From: a virus
Reading direction: 5' to 3' (one strand)
DNA length: 64,000 bases
IMG/VR virus record: IMGVR_UViG_3300033153_009650
Span: 1-64,000 of that record
Within the stretch, counting starts at the first letter, position 1. The number at the start of each line of letters is the position of its first letter. Shown in pieces: positions 9,869 to 20,317 of the stretch. Made by a program: the position numbers and the translations under genes. The notes beneath the pieces are model-generated. The model did not search any database. It was not told the DNA's origin and saw only the letters and a list, made by a program, of their open reading frames with translations.

Positions 9869-9894
9869 AATGCCCTTGTCCTAAGACGGGTCAG
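9869..9894. repeat. 26-bp direct repeat, copy 2
   Basis: AATGCCCTTGTCCTAAGACGGGTCAG. Confidence 0.8.
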
Positions 9895-10063
9895 GGTTGT
9901 CGGTATCGACTTTAATTACCTGCCCACAGGTTGAGCAATATTTAGGTGCTTGCCCTGTACCTGCGCAAAGAGGACATTCATAGTATTGAGTTATATTTAC
10001 CCACTCACTTTGGTCATCACATTCTAATTTTCCTTTACCTTTACATTTTGGACATGTCATCAA
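9881..10063 (-). CDS. Small DnaJ-type zinc-finger protein
   Basis: CPKCKGKG...CPLCAGTG...CSTCG. Confidence 0.6.
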   Translation of the reverse strand: MMTCPKCKGKGKLECDDQSEWVNITQYYECPLCAGTGQAPKYCSTCGQVIKVDTDNPDPS

Positions 10064-10227
10064 AACTTCCTCCTTTCCATCTTACGTCTTGATGTTAGCG
10101 GCAGGGTCGGTGAGCCAGAAGGTTTTTTTCGTTTTTTACTCGGAACATCCGAGGTGGTTTTTAAGCCTCTCATAAGCGAGATACTTCTACCTTTAGAACC
10201 ACTTCACTGGGCTTACTCACCATTGTG

Positions 10228-10470
10228 TTACTTTCCCTGTAACCATAAACCAATAGGTTTTGACCATTCAGTCGAGTCTCCTATGAGAATCCAAGATAAT
10301 AAAACAAAAAAGATTGCCCCTGCAACAGCCCATAGAAGTGGTATGGTATTTAAATGTTTTTTAGTAGTTACTACTCCCCCCATATAGCTTATAACTCCAC
10401 AAAATAGTAAACCAGCTACTTGTGTAATTAGCTGTCCAGGAGTATCAATTATCGAGAAAAAAGGTATCAT
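10228..10470 (-). CDS. Small protein with two TM helices
   Basis: Two hydrophobic segments, GAGGAG RBS. Confidence 0.5.
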   Translation of the reverse strand: MIPFFSIIDTPGQLITQVAGLLFCGVISYMGGVVTTKKHLNTIPLLWAVAGAIFFVLLSWILIGDSTEWSKPIGLWLQGK

Positions 10471-11156
10471 AATGCTCTCCTCAAATTAGCAGCTTGAGGT
10501 GGCAAACTGAATCACAACCATGCCAATCCAAGGAAGTAAACTCACCAACCTCTCACCGCCTTTGTGCTGACAGCCAGGAATACCCCACGTTCCTGGTAAA
10601 GGCACCCGATCATTAGTCACCCGTCAATCCTTCCTGAATTGAGTTATCGCCACTGCCAGCACGCTAAAGTTATGAAAGTTCCAAGGTTGCATTGCCAACA
10701 AGACCCCTCTAAAGCCGACCACTCTACGGTTAGGTGTTAATGGCTTGGGCTGCGAGGGGGTTAACAATCTGCTCTTTTAGTGACAGTGCATCCCTCAGAT
10801 ACATGATGAACTTTTCCTGTTTCGATATCTATAAAAATCCAACTATCACCTGTAGCACAAGGAACATGTTCTACTCTCGCACTTGAAGTAAGCGTTACCT
10901 TTGCATTATTGAAATTCACAGAAACAGTATCTCCTTCTTGTATACGATCCATCCATGTTCTCCTTTCATTCCCTCAACCGTCCCTGGTCATGCCTATATG
11001 CTCGATAACCAGATATTTAGGCCAGGCGCGGGGACAGAAGAGAGAAATCGAATAACGAGATTAATTCTTACAAAACATAAATAATTATAATTAATGCTCC
11101 AATTATTAGGCCGATATCTATATATTTATCGTACATTTTTTCTCTTTTTAAGCATC

Positions 11157-11270
11157 TTAGAAGAAGAATAATGAGAATACGGCTCCAAATCCTACGGTAA
11201 ATGCTACGGTGAGTATAGCAGCTTTTTTTACCGCTTCTATTATTGCTATTTCAACTATTCTTGTTTCTAT
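11157..11270 (-). CDS. Small TM peptide with apparent ATA start (or decayed paralog)
   Basis: AAAGGAGG then ATA; ends AFTVGFGAVFSLFFF like 7969-8079. No in-frame ATG/GTG after the upstream stop. Confidence 0.35.
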   Translation of the reverse strand: METRIVEIAIIEAVKKAAILTVAFTVGFGAVFSLFFF

Positions 11271-12403
11271 CTCCCCTCCTTTCGTTTGTGGCTATGAAAG
11301 CATATTATTGATTGTTTTTAATTTGAATCTGAATATTTGGTTTTCCTATTAAATAATAACCCCCTTGCATATCTGAAACATCTATTACTGGAATAATGAT
11401 CTGATCAATACTAACTTGTGAAGGGACTTTAATTGGTTCTGGAAAAGTTTTTTGCAATACTTCTTCCATTTTATCTTCAATTTCTTTTATGTATCGTTCT
11501 AATTCATTGAAGGTCATGTCTCTCATAATCATTTCTTCTTTCGTAATCTCTTTATCCGCTTTTGTTATTAATATTTCACTAAAAATTTCATACCATTCTT
11601 TTCCAAATGATTTCATTCTTTTTCCCCAAATAATTTTTCGATTATTGATCTTAGATTTTCTGCTGCAATAAAACCTTTGTGTCTCCCTGGAACAAAATGA
11701 GGGAAATGATGGTGGGCAACAATCTTATCAATTTCATCTCCGTAGAAGATTGTATCATCAGGAACCATGGAAGAAAAGTGAAATTTAACAATAGGATCGG
11801 GGGAGAAAGTAGCCTGAAAACGAACTGTTGCTTCGGAGTAAGCATCGACAAACTCTCGAAGTTCTTTATTTGTGATAGGTTTTACTTTAATCATTTTTCT
11901 TTCCTACTCTCAGTTTTGCCAATTCTTCAATATATCCATATAAATGTAATCTTTTGCTACCTGCACATATTTCCCCTTGATTCAATTCCAATTTCATCCG
12001 CCATGTATTGAGGATTTCCTAAATAACAATCGTTAGGTTGAGCAACTTGAAGAATAGCTTGATTGGTATTTGGCATTTGTTTTAAAATATCTACAAAATG
12101 TTTTACTTGGAAAGTTATCCTCATTCTAATTTCCAAATTTCCTCAGTAGGTAAATCCGATTCTGCTTCTATTATAATCAGTGGATTTGAATTATCAGAAT
12201 TTAAAAGAACAAATAAATGAGTTTTACATATCCATTTATATCTTTTCTTTCCAATGTTTATACTCATTTGATATTTCATTCCCTGATTCCAGAATTCTGT
12301 GTCAATTTGTCGCCATTCAATCTCAGTAAAATAGGAATAACCCCATACAAGGAATATGATAAGAATTAACCCTAATATTATTCCCATCAATCTTACTTTA
12401 ATT

Positions 12404-12586
12404 TTAGAATGTAACATAACTCCTGTCCCTTATAGCCAGCTGATCTTCTATTTCTTCACTGAGTTCCGGATGTTTATCTATCCAGTCTTGTTCTTGTAAC
12501 CATTCTAAATAATGACGAGGAACATCATCGATGCTTTCTCCTCGATATTTAGACCACTCTGGCATTATGAAATCTTGATCATTCAT
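12404..12586 (-). CDS. DUF3820-like small protein
   Basis: MPxxxKYRGxxIxDVPxxYLxWL pattern. Confidence 0.6.
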   Translation of the reverse strand: MNDQDFIMPEWSKYRGESIDDVPRHYLEWLQEQDWIDKHPELSEEIEDQLAIRDRSYVTF

Positions 12587-13115
12587 GTTTTAATTCTCCT
12601 GTTCCAATAAATTCAATTTTCAACTTTTCTTTACTCCAAGTTTGTTTGAAGACATCTCCAAAGACGGGAATACCTTTATAGGTTCCATGAATAGGTACTT
12701 TTGAATCTTCTAATCCAGAAGCTAATACGGCTTTTTCATAACTTTCAATATTACTGAAATATGCTTCTCCTCCCCATTGTTTTAAAGGAATGGAGCTGTC
12801 TATTTTGCCCTCATCTACCCATATATGGAGATCACATATTATATCAGCATATCTTCTTTTGATATGAAAAAGTATTTGATCCTCCTCTTCTGGCTTTGGA
12901 ACCTCTTCAAGAGCCATTAATGGATGATTCATTTTGGTAAGTTCAGTGCAAGCTTGAAAGAGGGCGTCTCGGATACTTAATAAAGTATCAAGATAAAAAG
13001 GTTGTATAAGAGTAATCAGGCCCTCTACTGGCATTCCTTCTTTTCTTGCTTCTCTCATGGTTTCTTTGTATTTAATAAGCATTTCTTCTTTTGTTTGCAT
13101 AATTATTCTCCCCAC
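12579..13115 (-). CDS. Hypothetical protein
   Basis: 178-aa ORF, co-oriented and overlapping neighbours. Confidence 0.5.
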   Translation of the reverse strand: MGRIIMQTKEEMLIKYKETMREARKEGMPVEGLITLIQPFYLDTLLSIRDALFQACTELTKMNHPLMALEEVPKPEEEDQILFHIKRRYADIICDLHIWVDEGKIDSSIPLKQWGGEAYFSNIESYEKAVLASGLEDSKVPIHGTYKGIPVFGDVFKQTWSKEKLKIEFIGTGELKHE

Positions 13116-13348
13116 TCATAGTCTTGTTCTAATTTAACTATGCCTTTTTCTAATTCTTTTTCTTTCAATTCCAGTTCCTTGTCTATCTTGTCCAGTTTCT
13201 TCTCTGCTGAAGCCAAATCCTTGCATCCGAACTCTTCTTGGAGCCTTTTGCGAAGCCCCTTCAACTGGCCTTCGTACTCTGCGGACTTGGTTTTGGCCTG
13301 TTCGATTTCTTTCTTCATCCCCATTAGTTTCTCGTTTTGATTGGCCAT
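13103..13348 (-). CDS. Small coiled-coil protein (possible SbcCD accessory)
   Basis: AGGAAGGAG RBS before MANQ; heptad-rich sequence near sbcD/sbcC. Confidence 0.55.
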   Translation of the reverse strand: MANQNEKLMGMKKEIEQAKTKSAEYEGQLKGLRKRLQEEFGCKDLASAEKKLDKIDKELELKEKELEKGIVKLEQDYEWGE

Positions 13349-13627
13349 AATATTCTCCTTCCTGTTCATTGATATCAAGGACACAAATCCTTATAATGTT
13401 GCCTCCCTCATCTTTTGCTATAAAATCACTCCGAGTATAGGTTCCATATTTCCCAAAGTGGGCTTCTCCTGCCGGTTCAACTATGCAACCAGGTACTTTT
13501 AAGTTGGCTATTATATCGACAAGCTCAGATTTTATTTTTTTTCGCATGATAGATTAAAGAATCCAGAATTATTTCTCTGATAATAACAGACCCCTTACTG
13601 GGCATTCCTCTACTTCGAGATAATATT

Positions 13628-13795
13628 TCATTTCTTAATCTCCTTCTTTCTTTTTTTCCATTCCTTGATTATTTTGGCAACAGAGGGCTGTGAGATCAAA
13701 AGTTCATTAGCTATTTCATTTTGATCTAATCCCGCTTGGCAAAATTTGATTGCTTTCTTTTTAATTCGTTCAGAGATCTTTTTTCCTTTAGGCAT
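13628..13795 (-). CDS. Small HTH protein (55 aa, not in ORF track)
   Basis: MPKGKKISERIKKKAIKFCQAGLDQNEIANELLISQPSVAKIIKEW; GLDQNEIANELLISQPSV is an HTH. Confidence 0.6.
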   Translation of the reverse strand: MPKGKKISERIKKKAIKFCQAGLDQNEIANELLISQPSVAKIIKEWKKRKKEIKK

Positions 13796-14717
13796 TGAGA
13801 GCACTCCATGCTTTTTCCTTTATTTCTTTTCTTGTTCTATTTTTTTCGAAGAATTCTTCCAGATTTTTCTCGAAAGATAAACCAGTTTCGTAATCTTGTT
13901 TTAGATGAGATACAAAAAAATCAATTCTTTTGTCCCTCTCTTTTTTGATTTCTAAATAATCAATATTCATAACATCTTTTTCAATAGGAAGGTATACAGC
14001 TTCAACTTCATTTGTGTTTGCATACCAAAGGTAAACTCGTGGTTTATGATTTATCTGATTTACTGACATCCTCATCATGCTGCCAGGATTTACAAGCAAT
14101 CTTCCTTGATATTCTTCTACAAAAGCTTGATGGTTATCTCCTGTCAGTATCAAATCATATTCAGGAAACTTTTTTAGAAGAGCGTTGGCTTTTGGCGCAT
14201 CTTGACCCGGCCATAAAGGTTTATCTTTGATTACCATTTGATGGGCAATGGCAACTAATTTATTATCTCCTTCTTTTTCATGATGAGAAATTGGACTTCC
14301 ATAAGGAAAGGCCATAACATTTGCATTCATTATTCCTGGAATATGAGTAGGCCTGTCTCGGATTAAATAGTAAATCGTTCCAGCCGCATCTAATACTCCG
14401 AGCCCCCCTTCTGACCATTTATCTAATCTATGATACGGAAGATCATGTTGTCCAGGGATGATGTATATTTCGCTTCCGCAAGCCATAATTATATTAGTTA
14501 GTAATGAATTAGGCCATTGGGGTTTATTACCAAAATCGCCTGCCACCACTATTGGAATTTTATATTTCTCTGCTAAGGCAATAATAAATTCTATCTTTAT
14601 ATTTTGTGCTACGAGATAATCATCTGTTCGGCAGATAGGAACATCTGTTCTCAAATGCCAATCGGCAGTTAAGATTGCCGATGGTTTCTTATTTATTTTT
14701 CTTCGTTTTCTTTCCAT
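13788..14717 (-). CDS. SbcD/Mre11-like metallophosphoesterase nuclease
   Basis: TADWH, AGD, GQHD, AH, GDNH, NPGS calcineurin-like motifs; adjacent to SbcC. Confidence 0.85.
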   Translation of the reverse strand: MERKRRKINKKPSAILTADWHLRTDVPICRTDDYLVAQNIKIEFIIALAEKYKIPIVVAGDFGNKPQWPNSLLTNIIMACGSEIYIIPGQHDLPYHRLDKWSEGGLGVLDAAGTIYYLIRDRPTHIPGIMNANVMAFPYGSPISHHEKEGDNKLVAIAHQMVIKDKPLWPGQDAPKANALLKKFPEYDLILTGDNHQAFVEEYQGRLLVNPGSMMRMSVNQINHKPRVYLWYANTNEVEAVYLPIEKDVMNIDYLEIKKERDKRIDFFVSHLKQDYETGLSFEKNLEEFFEKNRTRKEIKEKAWSALNA

Positions 14718-14799
14718 TTATTTTTTTCTGTTTCTCCTTCGAGACTTTTTTGCCTGTTTATTTTTCCTTCTGTTTTTTCCAAAGGATTTGTAAAGGGGC

Positions 14800-15882
14800 T
14801 CATTTTCTTTTCCCTCTGATATTAGATTTTAATTCACTTCCACACAATGGACATACTGATGGCATTAATTTATGAAATTCTTCTTCTTGTTTTTTAAGTT
14901 TAATTTGAAGTTCTTTTTGCTCTGTTTCTATATCTTCAATTTCTTTGGAAATATCCTCAAGTTTAAAATATTGATTGCTTTCTGTCATTATCTCATTATC
15001 AAGAGTCAAAAGGAGGTTTAAATCGGGCTGTAAATCCGCCAGAATACGGGCGGAACATAAATGAGAATCAATTTTCTCCAGTTCTTTATATAAAAATATA
15101 AGGTTTTCTTTTGAAAGCCGTATTTTAGAGATTTCGGTCTCAATGATAAATTGTTTTTCCAAGAAATTTTCAGCGTCAAGAATAATTTCAGTCTGCTCTT
15201 TTTCTCTATTTATATTTGAAACCTCTTCAATCAAAATCTTTAAGGTATAAACTTCCTTTTGTCCTCTGTTTATTTCCTTTTCTAAATTTTCCAGAACAAT
15301 CAAATTTCCATCCGCCTGATTCACCCAATCATATTGTTGAATTTGTTCATTCAATTCTGATAAGTGAAAAGTTCCTTGTTTTAAATTTTGGGTTTCACCT
15401 CTGAGTTGTTTGGCGATATTTTTGAGAGCAATATCTATTTTATCCAGATTAACAATTTCGTTTAAATAGCGAGCAATTTCTCCTGGACTTTGGCTAAGAA
15501 GAAATATAGAATCATATTGAAATTGACAATTGATTGATTTTATATTAAGAAGCAATTGTATCTCATCCGGAACAGATTGACCCATTGCTTTAAATTCTTT
15601 TGGCTGTTTTCCTTGAGAAGATATAGTATATAAATTTTTTTTTCCTTTCTCTCTGCTAATTATTTCTTCTTCCATTTCAATATCAACAATGGTATCTCCT
15701 CCCCATGTAGATCGGAAAGCATCTCCGCTTGGCCTGTTGTTAAATACCCAGTTGAGACTTCGAAGAATAACAGACTTACCCGAGTCCGTTACGCCAATTA
15801 TTGCATTAACACCCGGATCAAATTCTAACTGAGTATTTTTGTGGGATTGGAAATTCAAGATTGATAATTTTTGAATGCTCAT
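14800..15882 (-). CDS. SbcC/Rad50-like ATPase, N-terminal half ending at the Zn-hook
   Basis: LSILNFQSH, Walker A GVTDSGKS, Q-loop region FQYDS, long coiled coil, CPLC hook followed by stop. Confidence 0.85.
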   Translation of the reverse strand: MSIQKLSILNFQSHKNTQLEFDPGVNAIIGVTDSGKSVILRSLNWVFNNRPSGDAFRSTWGGDTIVDIEMEEEIISREKGKKNLYTISSQGKQPKEFKAMGQSVPDEIQLLLNIKSINCQFQYDSIFLLSQSPGEIARYLNEIVNLDKIDIALKNIAKQLRGETQNLKQGTFHLSELNEQIQQYDWVNQADGNLIVLENLEKEINRGQKEVYTLKILIEEVSNINREKEQTEIILDAENFLEKQFIIETEISKIRLSKENLIFLYKELEKIDSHLCSARILADLQPDLNLLLTLDNEIMTESNQYFKLEDISKEIEDIETEQKELQIKLKKQEEEFHKLMPSVCPLCGSELKSNIRGKRK

Positions 15883-15883
15883 T

Positions 15884-16309
15884 TCAAAATCCTTTTCTTC
15901 CTTTTCTTCCTTTAATATGTCTGAGTAATTGAAAAAACACAAAAGCATCTAAAATGACCACAGGATCTTTATGAGAACGTTTGGCAACTATGAGCCAATC
16001 AGTCCCTGCCATTTGATTCTTTTGAGCTTGCTCGATCCAATTATGAATTGACCAAGATTCCTGTCGTTTACATTCAACAGACCAAGGAAACTGTTCTCTG
16101 GCGTCTGCTATTAATCTAATATCGGGACCAGATTGGCCCATCTCTCGTGAGGCAATCATTTCATCTTTACCCCAAGGAAAATGAATTAGATCAGAAATCA
16201 TCTTTGCCACCCATTGCTGAAGATCTCTTCCTTTGGCTTTCGCACTTGAAATTTTGATTCTTTTTTTAGTCATCAAACCTCCTTTTAATATCAACTTCTC
16301 CTTCTCCAA
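15884..16309 (-). CDS. PD-(D/E)xK nuclease / Holliday junction resolvase-like
   Basis: SAKAKGR...GPDI...SVECKRQE...WIEQA pattern. Confidence 0.7.
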   Translation of the reverse strand: MEKEKLILKGGLMTKKRIKISSAKAKGRDLQQWVAKMISDLIHFPWGKDEMIASREMGQSGPDIRLIADAREQFPWSVECKRQESWSIHNWIEQAQKNQMAGTDWLIVAKRSHKDPVVILDAFVFFQLLRHIKGRKGRKGF

Positions 16310-16773
16310 TCAGCAATCATGAGGGCGTCGTCTGCCCTGCCATCTTTTGCTCCTCCTTGAGGACCATAAAGTTCTGCCTTTGGAAATAATCTGGCTGCAG
16401 CAACACAACTCCCTTTTCCTTTGCCAAGCATTTTGTCATCTTTTGATACCAATCCTTTTTGCCATTTCTGAGGAGTCACCAGAATAAAAGGAATAGCAAG
16501 CATGGCAAGAGCCATTCTCCATATCCCAAAGTTGGTTCCAAATTTGAAACTTGAGCTTATTCCTTGGCCTGGCATTGAGTGGACTCGCTCTATTGCTGCT
16601 ACGATTTCATATTTCTTTTCAGGATATCTTTCACTGATTGCCCACATAAGTCCAGCTGTCATATTTTCATCCCCTGGCCAATCTTCCAATTCCAGTATTT
16701 TGCATTGGGCGGTAATCAAGGCTATTGCCCCGCTTTTCCCTGGATCTATTCCAATGTATAAAGGAATTTTCAT
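16291..16773 (-). CDS. RuvC-like Holliday junction resolvase
   Basis: IGIDPGKSGA, AIERV, SSFKFG, PQKWQK, GRADDALMIA. Confidence 0.8.
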   Translation of the reverse strand: MKIPLYIGIDPGKSGAIALITAQCKILELEDWPGDENMTAGLMWAISERYPEKKYEIVAAIERVHSMPGQGISSSFKFGTNFGIWRMALAMLAIPFILVTPQKWQKGLVSKDDKMLGKGKGSCVAAARLFPKAELYGPQGGAKDGRADDALMIADWRRRS

Positions 16774-17862
16774 TTAGTCAAATCTCTTCTTTCTTTTAGG
16801 TTTTATTTCTTCCTCGATTTCAAACCAGTCTTGTTCTACAAGATCAACTAATTTATCATATAAAATATGATCTCCTTCAATTAATTCGAGCAATTCACTT
16901 TTTTTGATCTTGCCTTTATCCCATTTAATTTCTTTTTCTTCAGGGCCATATAAATAATCCAGCATGGTCCCAATATCATCTAAACCATAATCAAATAAAA
17001 TTGTAAATTCAGCCTCTCTATATGGAGTGGCGGTTTTGTTCCTTTCCCATTTAGCTCTTATTCTGATACCATAATCTTTTTTCTGAGTACGAAAAGTACG
17101 ATGAAGCTTTCCTTTCTCATATAACCAGGCAACCTGATGAGTATAGAAGTCGAGGGCCTTACCTCCCGTTCTATAAAGTTTTTTTCCGAATGTGATACCA
17201 ATTTTTTCTCTTACCTGTGAAACAAGAACCAGCGTCGCATCTTTCTTTTCCATAATACTACATAAATGATTGAAAAAGGCTGAACTGAAATATTTTGCCT
17301 TTTCTGTTCCATAGCTTCCTTCTTCTTTTGTATCTTTTTTGATAGCCGCTTGAATTCTATCCTTTGCTGTTTGGGGAATAGTAGCATCAATAGAGTCAAG
17401 AACATATAAAAGAAATTCTCCTGATTTGAGATTTTGAACTCTTCTCTGATAATCTCTTCCAAATTCTTCACAGGTTTCAGATTGAATCCATTCAACCTCA
17501 TCATAAAACTTCTGCCCGTACATTTTAGCAATAGGAAAATCCATTACTCCTTCGATGTTGTTATATACGATAATGACTTTTCTGACTGGTTTGAAATGTT
17601 GAGATTTGACCTTTTGAATATTGTAAAATGCATCAGCGCAAGCTTCCAATGCTAATAGTGTCTTTCCACTTGAGCCGTCTCCGACTATGTTATTGATTCT
17701 GCCTCGGGCCCAACCTCCTCTTCTGCCTTTTTGGGAAGCCGCAAGATTAAGAATAATAGAGCCAGATGAAATAAATTCAACAGGAGTTTTCTTTTCAACT
17801 GGCCTTTTGGCTGAATCTATTATTTGGTCAGTTAAAGGTTTTCTTCTTCGTCTGGGTTCCAT
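16774..17862 (-). CDS. recA: RecA/UvsX-like recombinase
   Basis: ISSGSIILN, Walker A GDGSSGKT, VLDS, SQVREKIG, TGGKALDFY, KxxRNK. Confidence 0.85.
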   Translation of the reverse strand: MEPRRRRKPLTDQIIDSAKRPVEKKTPVEFISSGSIILNLAASQKGRRGGWARGRINNIVGDGSSGKTLLALEACADAFYNIQKVKSQHFKPVRKVIIVYNNIEGVMDFPIAKMYGQKFYDEVEWIQSETCEEFGRDYQRRVQNLKSGEFLLYVLDSIDATIPQTAKDRIQAAIKKDTKEEGSYGTEKAKYFSSAFFNHLCSIMEKKDATLVLVSQVREKIGITFGKKLYRTGGKALDFYTHQVAWLYEKGKLHRTFRTQKKDYGIRIRAKWERNKTATPYREAEFTILFDYGLDDIGTMLDYLYGPEEKEIKWDKGKIKKSELLELIEGDHILYDKLVDLVEQDWFEIEEEIKPKRKKRFD

Positions 17863-18098
17863 ATTATCTCCTTCTTAATATTCTTTATAATTCCAGATAT
17901 CATCGTTTTTATCATTACAAATAAAAACAAGATTTTTATCTATATGGTCTTGAAGGAACGTTTTCAATGCTATCATTATCTCTTTGTTTCCCGAATAGAG
18001 AGTTGTCATTTTTCCCCAACCTTGACCAATCCAAACTTTACTTTTTGTTTCATGACAGATAAGAGAATAAGTTTGGCTCATTTCGCATCTCCTTTTCT

Positions 18099-18491
18099 TC
18101 AAAACTTCATACACTCTGGATATGGTTCTTTTGGATTACGTTCAGCATTCATAGTCTTGAATATCAAAGCATCTCGCATTGTAGTGAATCTTTCGCATAC
18201 TGGACCATCTGGCGACATAGTTAGAAAAATACAGCATTCTTTTCCTTTTCCTGCTCCGCATCTATTCATGTCTGGAATAGGAGGCTCTTCCGTTACTTCT
18301 TCCAATATTGCTCTGTCTGTCCCCAATCCAGTATTTGTTCTATCATACACAATCAAATCTTCTTCATTACTGCAACATCCAAAACTGTCTTGGATTACAT
18401 GTCCAAATTTCCCGGTTTCTATATTTCTCACTTTAGTTCTTATTTTCATCTTCTTTTTCTCCTCTCGGTTCAAAACAAATTCCGCGTACAT
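18099..18491 (-). CDS. Cys-rich hypothetical protein
   Basis: 130-aa ORF with CGAGKGKECCIFL...CERF. Confidence 0.5.
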   Translation of the reverse strand: MYAEFVLNREEKKKMKIRTKVRNIETGKFGHVIQDSFGCCSNEEDLIVYDRTNTGLGTDRAILEEVTEEPPIPDMNRCGAGKGKECCIFLTMSPDGPVCERFTTMRDALIFKTMNAERNPKEPYPECMKF

Positions 18492-18911
18492 TTTTTCTGC
18501 TTCTTGATTGGGTTAAATTATATACTCATTAGTCAAATGTTCTTCCTTCTAAATTAGCGGTTTGGGGCCGACGAGTAAAAGGTGATAACCCGTATCAGAC
18601 ACTATAATGTTGCTCTTGCCTTCAGGACCAATTTACTCACCAGTGCTGGCAGATAGGTAAGATGGTAGGTTGCCCACCCGGAGAATCAACCATTTTACTT
18701 ACCCTTGCCAGCAAACCCATCAATTCTGAACCAATTCTTTCTCTCGGATATAGGCGGATACAAGTCGCATAACATCCGGTCTGGCAATGGGTTTTTTCCG
18801 AATACTTCTTCCATGGTATCATGGCATCCTTTGAAATTAATGTTCTTTTTCATAATACCTTTTCCTTCTACTTTTTTTCCTGGCATATTATCTCTCCTTT
18901 TGTTAAAAGAT

Positions 18912-19103
18912 TTAAAATCCTTTCTTTAACAGCCTATCTAACTTGATCTGTTCAACCACCCATCGTCCGCCAAACTTTCGCCCGATGCCTCTTTTCCTAC
19001 ACCAATCTCGAATTGTTTGGCCGGAGATAGGGCCATACCCTAATGATTGGATATAGGATATGGCCGTGTTTATCGTTAGAAGTTTTTCTGGTTGATCGTT
19101 CAT
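18912..19103 (-). CDS. Excisionase/MerR-type winged HTH protein
   Basis: LLTINTA...ISGQTIRDWCRK..IGRKFGGRWVV. Confidence 0.7.
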   Translation of the reverse strand: MNDQPEKLLTINTAISYIQSLGYGPISGQTIRDWCRKRGIGRKFGGRWVVEQIKLDRLLKKGF

Positions 19104-20317
19104 TATTTACGTCTCTGTCTCCGACGAGAGGTCGGTTTTTCTTCTGTTTTCTTTTCCTCTTTCTTTGTAGTCCTTCGACGTCGAGGAGTAGGCTCTGGTT
19201 TTTCTTCCTGTTTTTCTTCTGTCTCCTGTCCTGTTGTTTGAGCTTCTGCATCATGTCCTTCCTGGGCATCAGCACAGGCATTGAATATTTCTTCAGGGCA
19301 GTCTTGACACGCCTCTCTTTCATTGCAATCTATACCAAAGATTCCTCCATCAGGGCAGCTTCCTGCTGGAGTTTCTTCTGGAGTCTCTTCTGGAATTTCT
19401 TCTGGAGTTTCTTCTGGAGTTTCTTCTGGAGTCTCTTCTTTCTTTGGTTTCCGCTCAGTTTTTCTACTACGAGATCTCCTGGCTGGTGGTTTTTCTTCAT
19501 CTGGAGGATTATCATCTTTTTCTGATTGAGTTTCCTCTTCTTCATCCAGTCCAAGGAATACTCTATTCACTTCATCATAAGTTGGAATAATAAGCAATTT
19601 ATCCAAAGACAAAGTTTCATCCAGAATACTTTCCTCATAGGCATCACGATCCTTGAATTCAATTGACTGAGCCTCGATAAATTTGCTCTCACCAAGGCTC
19701 TTTTCTTTGCCTTTGAATTCGATAGACTTTCCTCGTTCCAAATCACTGAAGGTAATATATTCTTCTCCGTCAAGAGCATCTTCGAGAAAGTTCTTCTCAA
19801 ACAAATGATAGCTTGCATCTGCCCAAAGTTGAAGGTCTTTATCTGGCTCACTATAATCATAAATATTATAATAACAACGCCATGATGGAGTTAATGCCCG
19901 AATGACATCCTCACTTTGTTCGGATTTAGGTTTATCATATTCTACTCTCAATTCCTCGCATATTGGACATTTCTTCCCAAATGCCAATCGTCGACAGAGA
20001 AATTGCCTATTGTCCACTCCTATTCGACTGTGAACAGGAACTTCTAATTTATAATCCTCAAGCCCTGGCTCTAATCCTGTTGGACGGCCGCTTTTAGTCC
20101 GAAGATCAGGATACCAATCTTGAGTGATTTCAAAAGGGAGAATGTCAATAAAATTTTTCTCCTGTCCGGATTTGGGTTTAAAAAGGTTTAAGGATTCAAT
20201 CCCTGAAATATCAAGGACCGTAGAACCTCCGAGACCTGTCTTGTTTCTTTCATTTCCCGATTGTTGAGTTCGGCGCCTTAACGCCTCTCTTCGTTCCTTT
20301 GCTGATTTTCTTGCCAT
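19103..20317 (-). CDS. Single-stranded DNA-binding protein (T4 gp32-like) with acidic low-complexity tail
   Basis: H...C...CPICE Zn ligands, YYNIYD, long acidic tail with PEET repeats; in the recombination cluster. Confidence 0.65.
   Translation of the reverse strand: MARKSAKERREALRRRTQQSGNERNKTGLGGSTVLDISGIESLNLFKPKSGQEKNFIDILPFEITQDWYPDLRTKSGRPTGLEPGLEDYKLEVPVHSRIGVDNRQFLCRRLAFGKKCPICEELRVEYDKPKSEQSEDVIRALTPSWRCYYNIYDYSEPDKDLQLWADASYHLFEKNFLEDALDGEEYITFSDLERGKSIEFKGKEKSLGESKFIEAQSIEFKDRDAYEESILDETLSLDKLLIIPTYDEVNRVFLGLDEEEETQSEKDDNPPDEEKPPARRSRSRKTERKPKKEETPEETPEETPEEIPEETPEETPAGSCPDGGIFGIDCNEREACQDCPEEIFNACADAQEGHDAEAQTTGQETEEKQEEKPEPTPRRRRTTKKEEKKTEEKPTSRRRQRRK
19365..19438. repeat. 12-bp coding tandem repeat (PEET) in the SSB tail
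   Basis: CTGGAGTTTCTT-like units encoding ETPE repeats. Confidence 0.8.

Noticed and set aside
16291-16773. RuvC protein as TasR partner of the array
   Set aside because: 160 aa, typical stand-alone phage resolvase with no Nop domain.
19043-19554. Low-complexity ORFs overlapping the SSB tail
   Set aside because: Shadows of the PEET and acidic repeats.
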